Positions 9,322 to 17,130 of a stretch of 64,000 nt of DNA are shown one piece after another. The position numbers were made by a program, and so were the translations under genes. Within the stretch, counting starts at the first letter, position 1. Each line of letters begins with the position of its first letter. The stretch is from an uncultured Candidatus Saccharibacteria bacterium (GTDB lineage Bacteria > Patescibacteriota > Saccharimonadia > Saccharimonadales > AWTP1-31). Below the pieces are notes generated by a model. The model saw only the letters and a program-made list of their open reading frames with translations, was not told where the DNA came from and searched no databases. The DNA is taken from contig CALCZR010000056.1 of NCBI GenBank assembly GCA_937903325.1, positions 451 to 64,450 on the forward strand, written 5' to 3'.

Positions 9322-10017
9322 TCATGTTCTAGAATGTTTTTTCTGGGTGAGATGAAGCATATCTTCTATGAATGGTTTGATCTCTGGATTCTGCAAAATA
9401 GCCTGCATGGTCACTGGCGTCCACTTAGCCGCCCGAGCTTGAATAGCAGCGAGTAGCTCTTCAGCGGATGGAGTGAGTAGCTCTTTTTCTTGGAGCACTT
9501 CCAGCTCATCCAGAATTAGTTCATGCAATATTGCCATTGGTGCTTGTGATATGGCCATCATGCGGTCGTGCTCTTTAGTGTGTAGGATTCGTGGCTGGCG
9601 CCCAATCCTCTGCAGATGTTCGGTCGCGATACTAATCGTATCCGAGTCACTGCTGATCACTGCAGATTTGTGCTTGTTCATGAGCAAATGCACAATGTCT
9701 ATGTTCCCACTGTTCAATCCCTTCCCTCGTAGCCGCTGCTTTGCCGCTGCACTGAGTGACATAACACTGGCATGCAGTATGAGTGTCTGATCATGGATTA
9801 GGACGGATAGCTCATCCAACGCCTCTAACGGTGCGCACCAATGGATAGTGTCAACTTGCCCGGATAAGTCATTAAGCGACTTTGCCTGTTCAAACGGTGA
9901 ACTTTTGTGTGGATCAAAGACCACAACACGAAACCCTGCCTCATTTAGCCAAGCCGCTAGCTTGCCACCTAGGTCACCGAAGCCAACAATACCTACGGGT
10001 TTTTCAGTAGAACCCAT
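9322..10017 (-). CDS. Prephenate/arogenate dehydrogenase-like NAD(P)-binding protein
   Basis: Rossmann motif GIVGFGDLGGKLA. HDRMMAISQAPMAI resembles the TyrA motif HD...SHLPH. Confidence 0.45.
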   Translation of the reverse strand: MGSTEKPVGIVGFGDLGGKLAAWLNEAGFRVVVFDPHKSSPFEQAKSLNDLSGQVDTIHWCAPLEALDELSVLIHDQTLILHASVMSLSAAAKQRLRGKGLNSGNIDIVHLLMNKHKSAVISSDSDTISIATEHLQRIGRQPRILHTKEHDRMMAISQAPMAILHELILDELEVLQEKELLTPSAEELLAAIQARAAKWTPVTMQAILQNPEIKPFIEDMLHLTQKKHSRT

Positions 10018-10271
10018 TACAGGCCTTGCTCATCCGTGTTTAAAGCATCACGAACGCCGCCAAGAAGACGCAGATACACCCTCTGGTCATCAGCTGCCAT
10101 ATCTGTTATGTCTAGCTCTGCGCGGTGTCCGAGCGCTACCTTCGTTAGTCCGCAGAGCAGCGGCACTCTATCTACCAGGCTAGCTGTTCTCAGGGCTTCA
10201 TCCTGGGCGATTCTTGCTATATGGTCGGCCATGCCGTCTGGAGTGGGGCAGCCACGTTCTTCTGCTGTCAT
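10017..10271 (-). CDS. Hypothetical protein (84 aa), translationally coupled to the TyrA-like gene
   Basis: Start trimmed to ATG 10271, preceded by AAGGAG. The stop overlaps the start of the downstream gene by 1 nt. There is weak, unverified resemblance to AroQ chorismate mutase helices. Confidence 0.45.
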   Translation of the reverse strand: MTAEERGCPTPDGMADHIARIAQDEALRTASLVDRVPLLCGLTKVALGHRAELDITDMAADDQRVYLRLLGGVRDALNTDEQGL

Positions 10272-10284
10272 ACATCTCCTTACA

Positions 10285-10310
10285 ATTAAAAAACCGCCTA
10301 CTGGCGGTTT
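10285..10310 (-). terminator. Rho-independent terminator
   Basis: On the minus strand: aaaccgcc-agta-ggcggttttttaatt, immediately upstream of the AAGGAG/ATG at 10271. Confidence 0.7.
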
Positions 10311-10430
10311 GCTCATCTTCTTATTTCTACTACCTATTGGTAAATTGAAGCAAAGCGCCATGCGAATGACGGTGTAAACCAATAGAAGTAAAACTGATTT
10401 ATTGCTTTGCTTACCATAACGCTTCGTACC

Positions 10431-10676
10431 TTACGCCCGTTTAGGAAGCTTGTCAAGTAAGTGTGTGATGCCCAGTAGTAAGACAATGATCCCGGAATGT
10501 ATAAGACCACGAGCAACGCCGTAGCGCTGTGAGATGAGGATGGTGGTAAAGAGCAATAGAATAATCCCCACTACTTTGACTAACTTATGGCTCTTACGTA
10601 CTGCATAGAAAGACGCTGCTGTAACGAGCAGGATCCATTCATCACCAGGATGTATTAATGTATTCACAGCTAACAT
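10431..10676 (-). CDS. Small integral membrane protein (81 aa, about 3 TM helices)
   Basis: Three hydrophobic stretches: WILLVTAASFYAV, VVGIILLLFTTILI and GIIVLLLGITHLL. Confidence 0.5.
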   Translation of the reverse strand: MLAVNTLIHPGDEWILLVTAASFYAVRKSHKLVKVVGIILLLFTTILISQRYGVARGLIHSGIIVLLLGITHLLDKLPKRA

Positions 10677-10708
10677 TATGCACTATGCCGACCACACGGA
10701 AGCAAAAT

Positions 10709-11167
10709 TTAGGCTGCTTGGCTTATCTCGCTCACCGCTAGCACTGGCACGAATAAAGCATGACCTTCAGGAATCGCCGTAAAATTATTGAGTACAATAC
10801 CTTCTGGGAAGCACAGGCAAAGTGCACGAACTGCTCCAAAACCTATAATCTGGCCAATATGAAGCTTCGCGTACGTAGCTAACGTGGCTTCGGCTGTGAC
10901 ACCAGTATCAAATTGTGTCATTGTCACAGGCTGATCACGATCAAAGCTCAGGGGTACCTGGAATCCAGTGTTGGCACGCAAGAAATAGCGCTGATCAAGA
11001 AACCCAAGCCCCTCCGCCACGAAGTCGAGTTGCGCAACTACTTGCTCGTCTTGTCTGCTCATATCAAATGATACTTCCATAGACTGCTCAGTCCCCAGAG
11101 CTAGCTCTACAGGATTCCTAGGTATTTCAAAACCGTTACTCATATTGTCACTATTGTAGCTATACAA
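10709..11167 (-). CDS. Hypothetical protein (152 aa)
   Basis: ORF only. No motif recognised. Confidence 0.45.
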   Translation of the reverse strand: MYSYNSDNMSNGFEIPRNPVELALGTEQSMEVSFDMSRQDEQVVAQLDFVAEGLGFLDQRYFLRANTGFQVPLSFDRDQPVTMTQFDTGVTAEATLATYAKLHIGQIIGFGAVRALCLCFPEGIVLNNFTAIPEGHALFVPVLAVSEISQAA

Positions 11168-11181
11168 TGTTTTTTGTCTAC

Positions 11182-11211
11182 ATAAAAAGAGGACCGTTGG
11201 GGTCCTCTTTT
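11182..11211 (-). terminator. Rho-independent terminator after rpsI
   Basis: aaaagaggacc/ggtcctctttt stem with T runs on both strands. Sits 23 nt after the rpsI stop. Confidence 0.75.
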
Positions 11212-11233
11212 AAGTAAGATTGTAGTAACTCTA

Positions 11234-11668
11234 CTAACGCTTGGTGAACTGTCGTTGCTTACGAGCACCCTTGAGACCGAACTTCTTTCGTTCTTTCTCG
11301 CGTGGATCTCGACCTAGCAAATCAGCACGCTTCAGTGTCTGCTTTACGTCTTCGTTCATGACGACGAGGGCTTTAGCGATAGCTAAACGAATAGCTGTAG
11401 CCTGGCCGCTCATACCGCCACCATAAACGATTACAGTCACGTCATACTTGCCATTCTGTTCGAGAACAGTAAATGGCTTCTGTAGTTCGTTGAGTAGAGA
11501 CTTGCTGTTAGCAAAGTAATCTTCAGCAGACTTGCTGTTGATAGTAATACTTCCCTTGCCGCTCATAAGTCGGGCACGAGCAGTTACGCTCTTGCGGCGA
11601 CCGAGTGCGTAGAAGTAACCTTTGCTGGCACTAGCCTTTGGTTTTGCAGTAGTAGTTGCTTCTGCCAT
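11234..11668 (-). CDS. rpsI: 30S ribosomal protein S9 (uS9)
   Basis: The translation is recognisable as S9 (GGGMSGQATAIRLAIAKAL...RQFTKR). Conserved rplM-rpsI pair. Confidence 0.95.
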   Translation of the reverse strand: MAEATTTAKPKASASKGYFYALGRRKSVTARARLMSGKGSITINSKSAEDYFANSKSLLNELQKPFTVLEQNGKYDVTVIVYGGGMSGQATAIRLAIAKALVVMNEDVKQTLKRADLLGRDPREKERKKFGLKGARKQRQFTKR

Positions 11669-12135
11669 TATTTAACATCCTTTTCTGTCTTAGCACCCTT
11701 TACGGTGAAAGCTTCTGGAGCCTGTGCTGCATGGTTGTGCTCGTTACCTGCGTAAACCTTAAGACGAGCCAAACGACCATCTCGTAGTTTGTTCACGGGT
11801 AGCATCCCGCGAATAGCCTTTACGAGTGGCATGGTTGAATCTTTAGCCATAACATCCTTTAGAGATGCTGTCTTAAGACCACCAGGGTAGCCACTATGCT
11901 TGTAGTACATCTTGCCTTCCATCTTGTTGCCGGTAGCAACGAGTTGGTCAGTGTTGATGATAACTACGAAGTCACCACCATCTACGTGAGAGGTTACGGT
12001 TGGTTTGCCCTTACCGATGAGTAGGCTAGCTGCTTCAGTTGCGATACGGCCGATAGGTGCGGTAGAAGCATCGATAACGTACCACTTGCGGGTAACGTCA
12101 GCGGGCTTCTGACTAAAAGTTTTTACGTTGTTCAT
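11668..12135 (-). CDS. rplM: 50S ribosomal protein L13 (uL13)
   Basis: RKWYVIDA...GRIA...HSGYPGGLK is typical of L13. Confidence 0.95.
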   Translation of the reverse strand: MNNVKTFSQKPADVTRKWYVIDASTAPIGRIATEAASLLIGKGKPTVTSHVDGGDFVVIINTDQLVATGNKMEGKMYYKHSGYPGGLKTASLKDVMAKDSTMPLVKAIRGMLPVNKLRDGRLARLKVYAGNEHNHAAQAPEAFTVKGAKTEKDVK

Positions 12136-12614
12136 TATTTCTTCTCCTTTGCGGGAGTTGCTTTCTTGGCTGCAGGCTTCTTCGCTGCTGGAGCTGCCTT
12201 AGTCTCTGCTTTTACGGCAGCTGGCTTAGCGGCTTTAGCAACGGGAGCTTCTTTTAGGTCATCTACGAAACTAACTTGCGCTAGTTCTGCATTGTCACCA
12301 CGACGATTACCTAGTTTGGTAATACGTACGTGACCACTGACTCGGCCAGAAAGCTTAGGGGCAATTTCGTCAACCAGCTTGTGGGCGCTCTCTACAGTCT
12401 GAAGACCAGAGATTACCTGACGGCGGTTGTGAAGGTCGCCCTTCTTTGCCTTAGTGATGAGCTTCTCAATGTAAGGAACGAGTTCCTTAGCCTTTGGAAG
12501 CGTCGTTTTGATTGATTCGTCGCGTACGAACGATTCAGCAAGACTTTTGATCAACGCGCGGCGCTGATCTGTCTCTCGTCCGAATTTGCGACCTTTGTAA
12601 CTATGACGATGCAT
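12135..12614 (-). CDS. rplQ: 50S ribosomal protein L17 (bL17) with an Ala/Lys/Pro-rich C-terminal tail
   Basis: MHRHSYKGRKFGRETDQRRALIKSLA is typical of L17. Tail: AKAAKPAAVKAETKAAPAAKKPAAKKATPAKEKK. Confidence 0.95.
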   Translation of the reverse strand: MHRHSYKGRKFGRETDQRRALIKSLAESFVRDESIKTTLPKAKELVPYIEKLITKAKKGDLHNRRQVISGLQTVESAHKLVDEIAPKLSGRVSGHVRITKLGNRRGDNAELAQVSFVDDLKEAPVAKAAKPAAVKAETKAAPAAKKPAAKKATPAKEKK

Positions 12615-12615
12615 C

Positions 12616-13563
12616 TTACAGCTCCAACTCGCTCATTTTATCTTTAACTTCATCAAGGGCTTTGCTGCCGAAACCTTTAAGGTCACGGAGTTCTGCGTCT
12701 GATAGGCTAAAGAGGTCTTTTAGGGTGTGGATCTCGTTGTTGATGAGGGCATTGGTCGTACGAGCAGAGAGGTTCAAGTCTTCGATAGAAGTCATGAGCT
12801 CAGCAGGCTCGTCATTGAGACCAGTGTCGTCTGCACCAGCTGCAGCAGGTGCAGTTAGAGGAGCAGCAGCTTCAACACGAGTCTGTCCAGCTAGTGCGGT
12901 GTACTGGTTAACCAGGATAGCAGCAGCTTCTTCAAAGGCATCACGTGGAGTGATAGTCTCGTCGGTGTCGATAGTGATGAGTAATCGGTCAAGGTCAGTC
13001 ATCTGGCCGACACGAGTGTTCTCTACCTTGTAACGTACTCGAACTACAGGACTGAACACTGCATCAAGAGCAACGTGGTCGCTGTTCTTCTTGGCGGCAG
13101 CTTCGTCGATAGTTCGGTAGCCGCGACCAGTTTCGACAACGATGTCCATAACAAACTTAGCTTTGTCATCGTCAAGAGTTGCGATAACGTGCTTAGGGTT
13201 TGCTACTTCAACGTCAGCGTTAGTAGCGATATCTTTAGCGGTAACTGGACCCTTGCCGCTCTTTGTGATGCGGAGGTGTTGTGGTTCGTCGCTGAAGACA
13301 CGGAAACGAATACTGCGGAGGTTAAGCATGATGTTAACAACATCTTCCTTAACACCTTTAACAGTAGTGAATTCGTGGGTTGCACCCTCAATCTTGAATG
13401 AGGTAATAGCAGCGCCGGCAATGCTACTAAGTAGTACTCGACGAAGCGAGTTACCCAGTGTCATACCGTAGCCCGTGTGCAATGGTTCAATGGTGAACGT
13501 TGCAGAGCTACTGCCATGGTCGTCAATGTTGACGAGGGCTGGTGTGTGGATCAATTTTGACAT
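12616..13563 (-). CDS. rpoA: DNA-directed RNA polymerase alpha subunit
   Basis: The N-terminal domain (GYGMTLGNSLRRVLLSSI) and the C-terminal domain (LSARTTNALINNEIHTLKDL) are typical of RpoA. Confidence 0.95.
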   Translation of the reverse strand: MSKLIHTPALVNIDDHGSSSATFTIEPLHTGYGMTLGNSLRRVLLSSIAGAAITSFKIEGATHEFTTVKGVKEDVVNIMLNLRSIRFRVFSDEPQHLRITKSGKGPVTAKDIATNADVEVANPKHVIATLDDDKAKFVMDIVVETGRGYRTIDEAAAKKNSDHVALDAVFSPVVRVRYKVENTRVGQMTDLDRLLITIDTDETITPRDAFEEAAAILVNQYTALAGQTRVEAAAPLTAPAAAGADDTGLNDEPAELMTSIEDLNLSARTTNALINNEIHTLKDLFSLSDAELRDLKGFGSKALDEVKDKMSELEL

Positions 13564-13577
13564 GTTTAGTCGCCTCC

Positions 13578-14201
13578 CTAGCGTGAGTAGTATTCTACGA
13601 TTAGTTGCTCATTGATATCTGCTTCCGCCTCGTCACGAGTTGGAACACCAGATACGGAAATTTCAAATTTCTTGCGGTCGACTTTTAGCCAAGCTGGAAC
13701 GCTATCGGGACTTGCAGGACTGACATCGTCAATTCGCTTGAAGTACTGGTTGTTCTTGCTTGCATCACGGAGAACGATGGCGTCCCCTGCCTTAAGGCGG
13801 ATAGATGGAATGTCGACACGGCGACCGTTAAGGGTAAAGTGACCATGTGTTACGAGCTGACGAGCAGCACGACGACTTGGTGCTAAACCACTTCGATATA
13901 CGGCGTTGTCGAGACGTCGCTCAAGAAGTTGTAGTAGGATTGCACCAGACTGACCTTCTTTACGTGACGCTTCGGCCATAAGGTTACTGAACTGCTTTTC
14001 AAGCAGACCATACAAACGCTTTACCTTCTGCTTCTCACGAAGTTGGAGGCTATATTGGCTTGGCTTGTTGCGCATGCCACGACTGTTGGCTGATTGGCCA
14101 GGAAGTGCACTGCGCTTGAGTAGTGCTTTGTGAGCCTTAGGGTGAAGAGCATAGCCTTCACGACGGCTCATCTTGACGATAGATTGTGTATCTCGTGCCA
14201 T
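13578..14201 (-). CDS. rpsD: 30S ribosomal protein S4 (uS4)
   Basis: The sequence is typical of S4, including the S4 RNA-binding domain (RLDNAVYRSGLAPSRRAARQLVTHGH). Confidence 0.95.
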   Translation of the reverse strand: MARDTQSIVKMSRREGYALHPKAHKALLKRSALPGQSANSRGMRNKPSQYSLQLREKQKVKRLYGLLEKQFSNLMAEASRKEGQSGAILLQLLERRLDNAVYRSGLAPSRRAARQLVTHGHFTLNGRRVDIPSIRLKAGDAIVLRDASKNNQYFKRIDDVSPASPDSVPAWLKVDRKKFEISVSGVPTRDEAEADINEQLIVEYYSR

Positions 14202-14204
14202 GGA

Positions 14205-14612
14205 TTAAACTCTTCGAGCTTTCTTAGGTCGCACGCCACCGTGTGGGACACCAGTTACATCTTTAATGCTCTCAACAGCGATACCGAGTGTACTAATAGT
14301 ACGTACGGCTGCGTCTCGGCCAAGGCCTACGCCTTTGACGAATACGTCAGCTTTGCTGAATCCGTACTGTTGCTTAGCGGCGTTGCCAGCTTTCTCGCAG
14401 GCGATCTGGGCTGCGTAAGCAGTGCCCTTCTTAGATCCGCGGAAGCCACAGGCACCAGAACTGCTGGCAGTTAGGGCGCCACCTTGAGCGTCGGTGAATG
14501 AAATAATCGTATTGTTGAAGCTTGCAAAGATATGTACCTGACCAGCAGATACGGTTCGCTTTGCTTTCTTCTTCTTTGGTGCTGCTTTTGCAGCGGTAGT
14601 TGCGTCTGCCAT
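14205..14612 (-). CDS. rpsK: 30S ribosomal protein S11 (uS11)
   Basis: GQVHIFASFNNTIISFTD...GFRGSKKGT is typical of S11. Confidence 0.95.
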   Translation of the reverse strand: MADATTAAKAAPKKKKAKRTVSAGQVHIFASFNNTIISFTDAQGGALTASSSGACGFRGSKKGTAYAAQIACEKAGNAAKQQYGFSKADVFVKGVGLGRDAAVRTISTLGIAVESIKDVTGVPHGGVRPKKARRV

Positions 14613-14613
14613 G

Positions 14614-15000
14614 TTAAGTCTTTGCTGCTACTTTCTTAGCGGTTCCACCAACAGTTATTTTCTTGCCTCGCCTGGTTCGGGCGTTGGTCTTGGTGCGCTG
14701 ACCACGACTTGGAAGGCTCATCTTGTGACGAAGACCTCGGTAAGCATTAATGTCCTTAAGACGCTTAATGTTGCCACTGACAATTCGTTGTAGCTCACCT
14801 TCGACGGTCAAAGTCTCGTTGATCACATCTTGGATGCGAGAAACTTCGGCGTCGGTCAGATTCTTAACACGCACGGTAGGTTCTACCTTTGCGCTCGCAA
14901 GAATGTCTCCGCTGGTCTTAGGACCAATGCCGTAGACATAGGTAAGTGCGATTTGCACTTGCTTCTCGCTCGGGATTGTTACTCCTGAAATACGAGCCAT
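14614..15000 (-). CDS. rpsM: 30S ribosomal protein S13 (uS13)
   Basis: MARISGVTIPSEKQVQIALTYVYGIG is typical of S13. Confidence 0.95.
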   Translation of the reverse strand: MARISGVTIPSEKQVQIALTYVYGIGPKTSGDILASAKVEPTVRVKNLTDAEVSRIQDVINETLTVEGELQRIVSGNIKRLKDINAYRGLRHKMSLPSRGQRTKTNARTRRGKKITVGGTAKKVAAKT

Positions 15001-15002
15001 AG

Positions 15003-15119
15003 TTAACCCTGCCTCTGCTTATGTTTTGGCTTTAGTTTGTTGATCACATAGATCCGACCTTTACGGCGGACTATCTTGTCGTCAGGACTAATTTTCTTGA
15101 CGCTAGCACGTACTTTCAT
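15003..15119 (-). CDS. rpmJ: 50S ribosomal protein L36 (bL36), cysteine-free form; below the ORF-track size cut-off
   Basis: Manual translation of the minus strand gives [38 protein letters not shown] (38 aa), in the canonical infA-rpmJ-rpsM position. Confidence 0.9.
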   Translation of the reverse strand: MKVRASVKKISPDDKIVRRKGRIYVINKLKPKHKQRQG

Positions 15120-15246
15120 ACGGATCATGCTCCTTTCGTGAGACATAACGCTCTGCCTTAAATTGATAATGTTCCCGTAGAACGAGTCGTAAGATGGTAC
15201 AACTGCTGGGACAAAGTCCTCACGGTGCGCCGTCTTAATGACGGTT

Positions 15247-15468
15247 CTACGATTTGCGGTAGGTGATTCGGCCCTTCGTAAGATCGTAAGGGGTTAACTC
15301 AACCGTAACGCTGTCACCTGGCACGATTCGGATATAGTGTTTCCTCATCTTACCGGCAACGTGAGCTATAATTTTATGACCGTTTTCAAGTTCGACACGA
15401 AACTGAGTCCCCGGTAGAGTCTCTACGATGGTTCCTGTTAATTCGATTACTTCCTTATTGCCTGCCAT
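15247..15468 (-). CDS. infA: Translation initiation factor IF-1
   Basis: 73 aa. The S1-like fold sequence [41 protein letters not shown] is typical of IF-1. Confidence 0.95.
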   Translation of the reverse strand: MAGNKEVIELTGTIVETLPGTQFRVELENGHKIIAHVAGKMRKHYIRIVPGDSVTVELTPYDLTKGRITYRKS

Positions 15469-15486
15469 AAATATAACTAAGGGGTA

Positions 15487-15516
15487 ATTATATCAGCTAC
15501 GACCCCCTATTGTAAA
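15487..15516 (-). promoter_or_regulatory. Sigma-70-type promoter for infA-rpmJ and the alpha block
   Basis: On the minus strand: TTTACA, 18 nt, TATAAT. The -10 ends 18 nt upstream of the infA ATG. Confidence 0.45.
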
Positions 15517-15766
15517 GAGGTGATATGCAAATCTTTTGTACCAACCATTGGGGTGATCATCTATGAGTTATCTTACAGCTAACATTGACAGTTTCTTAAT
15601 AAAGTATTATTGTCTTATTTGACGTAAGACGTCGTGTGATGATCTGTTAACCTTTATATGGTCGCTTTGGTTTACAGGGAGCAAGTAGCGAAACCGGGAC
15701 GACTAAATCTCTTTGTAGAACTAGATTGGTCCTCATTATTAATCAATAAACGCTCTATATTTTAGT

Positions 15767-17008
15767 ATGCGTTATGGGAGAGAATTTATTATGGATGGAT
15801 CAGCCGGAAACGGATTTGAGATCACACCGGGTACCCTTGAGCTTCAGCTTCTTGCTGGCGCAGGTGCCCCAAACACGGACCCAGCGTTCGGTAGTGCCGC
15901 ACTACTTAACGGTGGCCCAGAAACACTAGCACCACAGGCTGCTATTGTTGAGGTTACGGCAAAACGTGACGCCGTTGAAGAAGCGGCAAATCTAAATGCA
16001 GACAACTCAGTCGTTGTACTGGGTGCTGAAGGCGATGTTGCTTTTGGTCGACTTGTAAGTACACGAATCATTGAGGTAGCAGAACCAGACGCAGAAGCTA
16101 CTGGGGACACAGAACCGACCCTTTCTTCCGTAGAAGCTAGCGCAGAATTTACACCTATGCCAAAAGTTACTGTTAAGCAGAATGTCTACTTCGTAGACGC
16201 CCGCGAAGGTAATGTACGATTGGTTATCAAGAACTGTGGTTTGGATGAGAACAACCGTGCTGTTGATTGTGAAAAGGATGCTTCTGTACACTTCCAAAAC
16301 GGAGTGCTACCAGAAGGTACTACGCGAGAACAAGCGCTTCCACGTGCTATCGCTGAGGGTCTCATGCCTGCAGGTTCTACTCAAGAGCAGCTAGACCAGG
16401 CCGGCAATGACGCCGCATTGCAAGCAGTGATTGACGGCAAGGAATACCTTCTTATTCGAGCTATGAACGTCGAGGGTGCTAGTGGCCAGATCACGGACAT
16501 TACCCTTGATAGTATCCGCCAGATCTTTGCTGAACAACATGGTTTTACTCCTACTGACGCACAACTAGAGAAGCTCGAGTTACGTCTCAATATTGAGAGT
16601 GCTGGGTGGAGTTCACTAGAAGAAGGTATCGAGCTAAAGCACGAGACAACCACAACTACAACTACCACATCTACGACTACTACTCCCCCTACGACTGTAC
16701 CTCCAACGTCTACGAGTACGACAACATCAACGACGCTTGTACCTCGGACTAGTACAACACTGGTTCAGCCACCAGTGACGGAGAAGCCTCCGGTTGAAGA
16801 AACAACCACAACTACAACTACCACAATAGTTACCCCTTCAGCTCCGCCAGAAACGGTAGCTACTACGGCTCCTGGTGAAACTCCACCATTCCTAGCCGTA
16901 GCGGGTGGTGAGGCGAAGCCAATGGGTGGTGGTGCGCTTGCAATGATCCTTCTTGGTGCGGCAGCACTTGGAGTTCGCGCTCGACGAGCTATGCGACGTA
17001 CTGTATAA
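15767..17008 (+). CDS. Acidic protein with a Thr/Pro-rich stalk and a C-terminal sorting-signal-like anchor
   Basis: 413 aa, with an alternative ATG at 15791 behind GGGAGAG. Poly-Thr/Pro region ETTTTTTTTSTTTTPPTTVPP...EETTTTTTTTIVTP. C-terminus LAVAG-GEAKPMGG-GALAMILLGAAALGV-RARRAMRRTV. No N-terminal signal peptide is visible. Confidence 0.65.
   Translation: MRYGREFIMDGSAGNGFEITPGTLELQLLAGAGAPNTDPAFGSAALLNGGPETLAPQAAIVEVTAKRDAVEEAANLNADNSVVVLGAEGDVAFGRLVSTRIIEVAEPDAEATGDTEPTLSSVEASAEFTPMPKVTVKQNVYFVDAREGNVRLVIKNCGLDENNRAVDCEKDASVHFQNGVLPEGTTREQALPRAIAEGLMPAGSTQEQLDQAGNDAALQAVIDGKEYLLIRAMNVEGASGQITDITLDSIRQIFAEQHGFTPTDAQLEKLELRLNIESAGWSSLEEGIELKHETTTTTTTTSTTTTPPTTVPPTSTSTTTSTTLVPRTSTTLVQPPVTEKPPVEETTTTTTTTIVTPSAPPETVATTAPGETPPFLAVAGGEAKPMGGGALAMILLGAAALGVRARRAMRRTV
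16646..16825 (+). repeat. Two copies of a 24-nt direct repeat inside the CDS, each encoding poly-Thr
   Basis: acaaccacaactacaactaccaca occurs at 16646-16669 and again at 16802-16825, both preceded by gaNa. Confidence 0.85.
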
Positions 17009-17034
17009 AACAAAACAGTCACTAACGCGACACT

Positions 17035-17075
17035 AAAGAAAACACACCCTCAAAATCAAGGGTGTGTTTTTATTT
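17035..17075. terminator. Bidirectional terminator between the convergent Thr-rich gene and secY
   Basis: acacaccct-caaaatca-agggtgtgt, flanked by an A run upstream and a T run downstream, so it works on both strands. Confidence 0.7.
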
Positions 17076-17130
17076 GCTGATAGTTAGTATCGTAACTGCT
17101 CTGCAGGACGGGAAAGTTAACTAGTAATAG

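Noticed and set aside
9848-10377. + strand ORFs of 111 and 113 aa
   Set aside because: They are antisense to the TyrA-like gene and the coupled 84-aa ORF. Their composition is low-complexity Ser/Arg/Pro.
15767-15860. Type IV prepilin-like signal (NGFEITPG) at the N-terminus of the Thr-rich protein
   Set aside because: There is no Glu at +5 after the Gly, no following hydrophobic helix and no basic leader.
16892-17005. Canonical LPXTG sortase motif
   Set aside because: The motif is LAVAG, not LPXTG or LAXTG. It is reported only as sorting-signal-like architecture.
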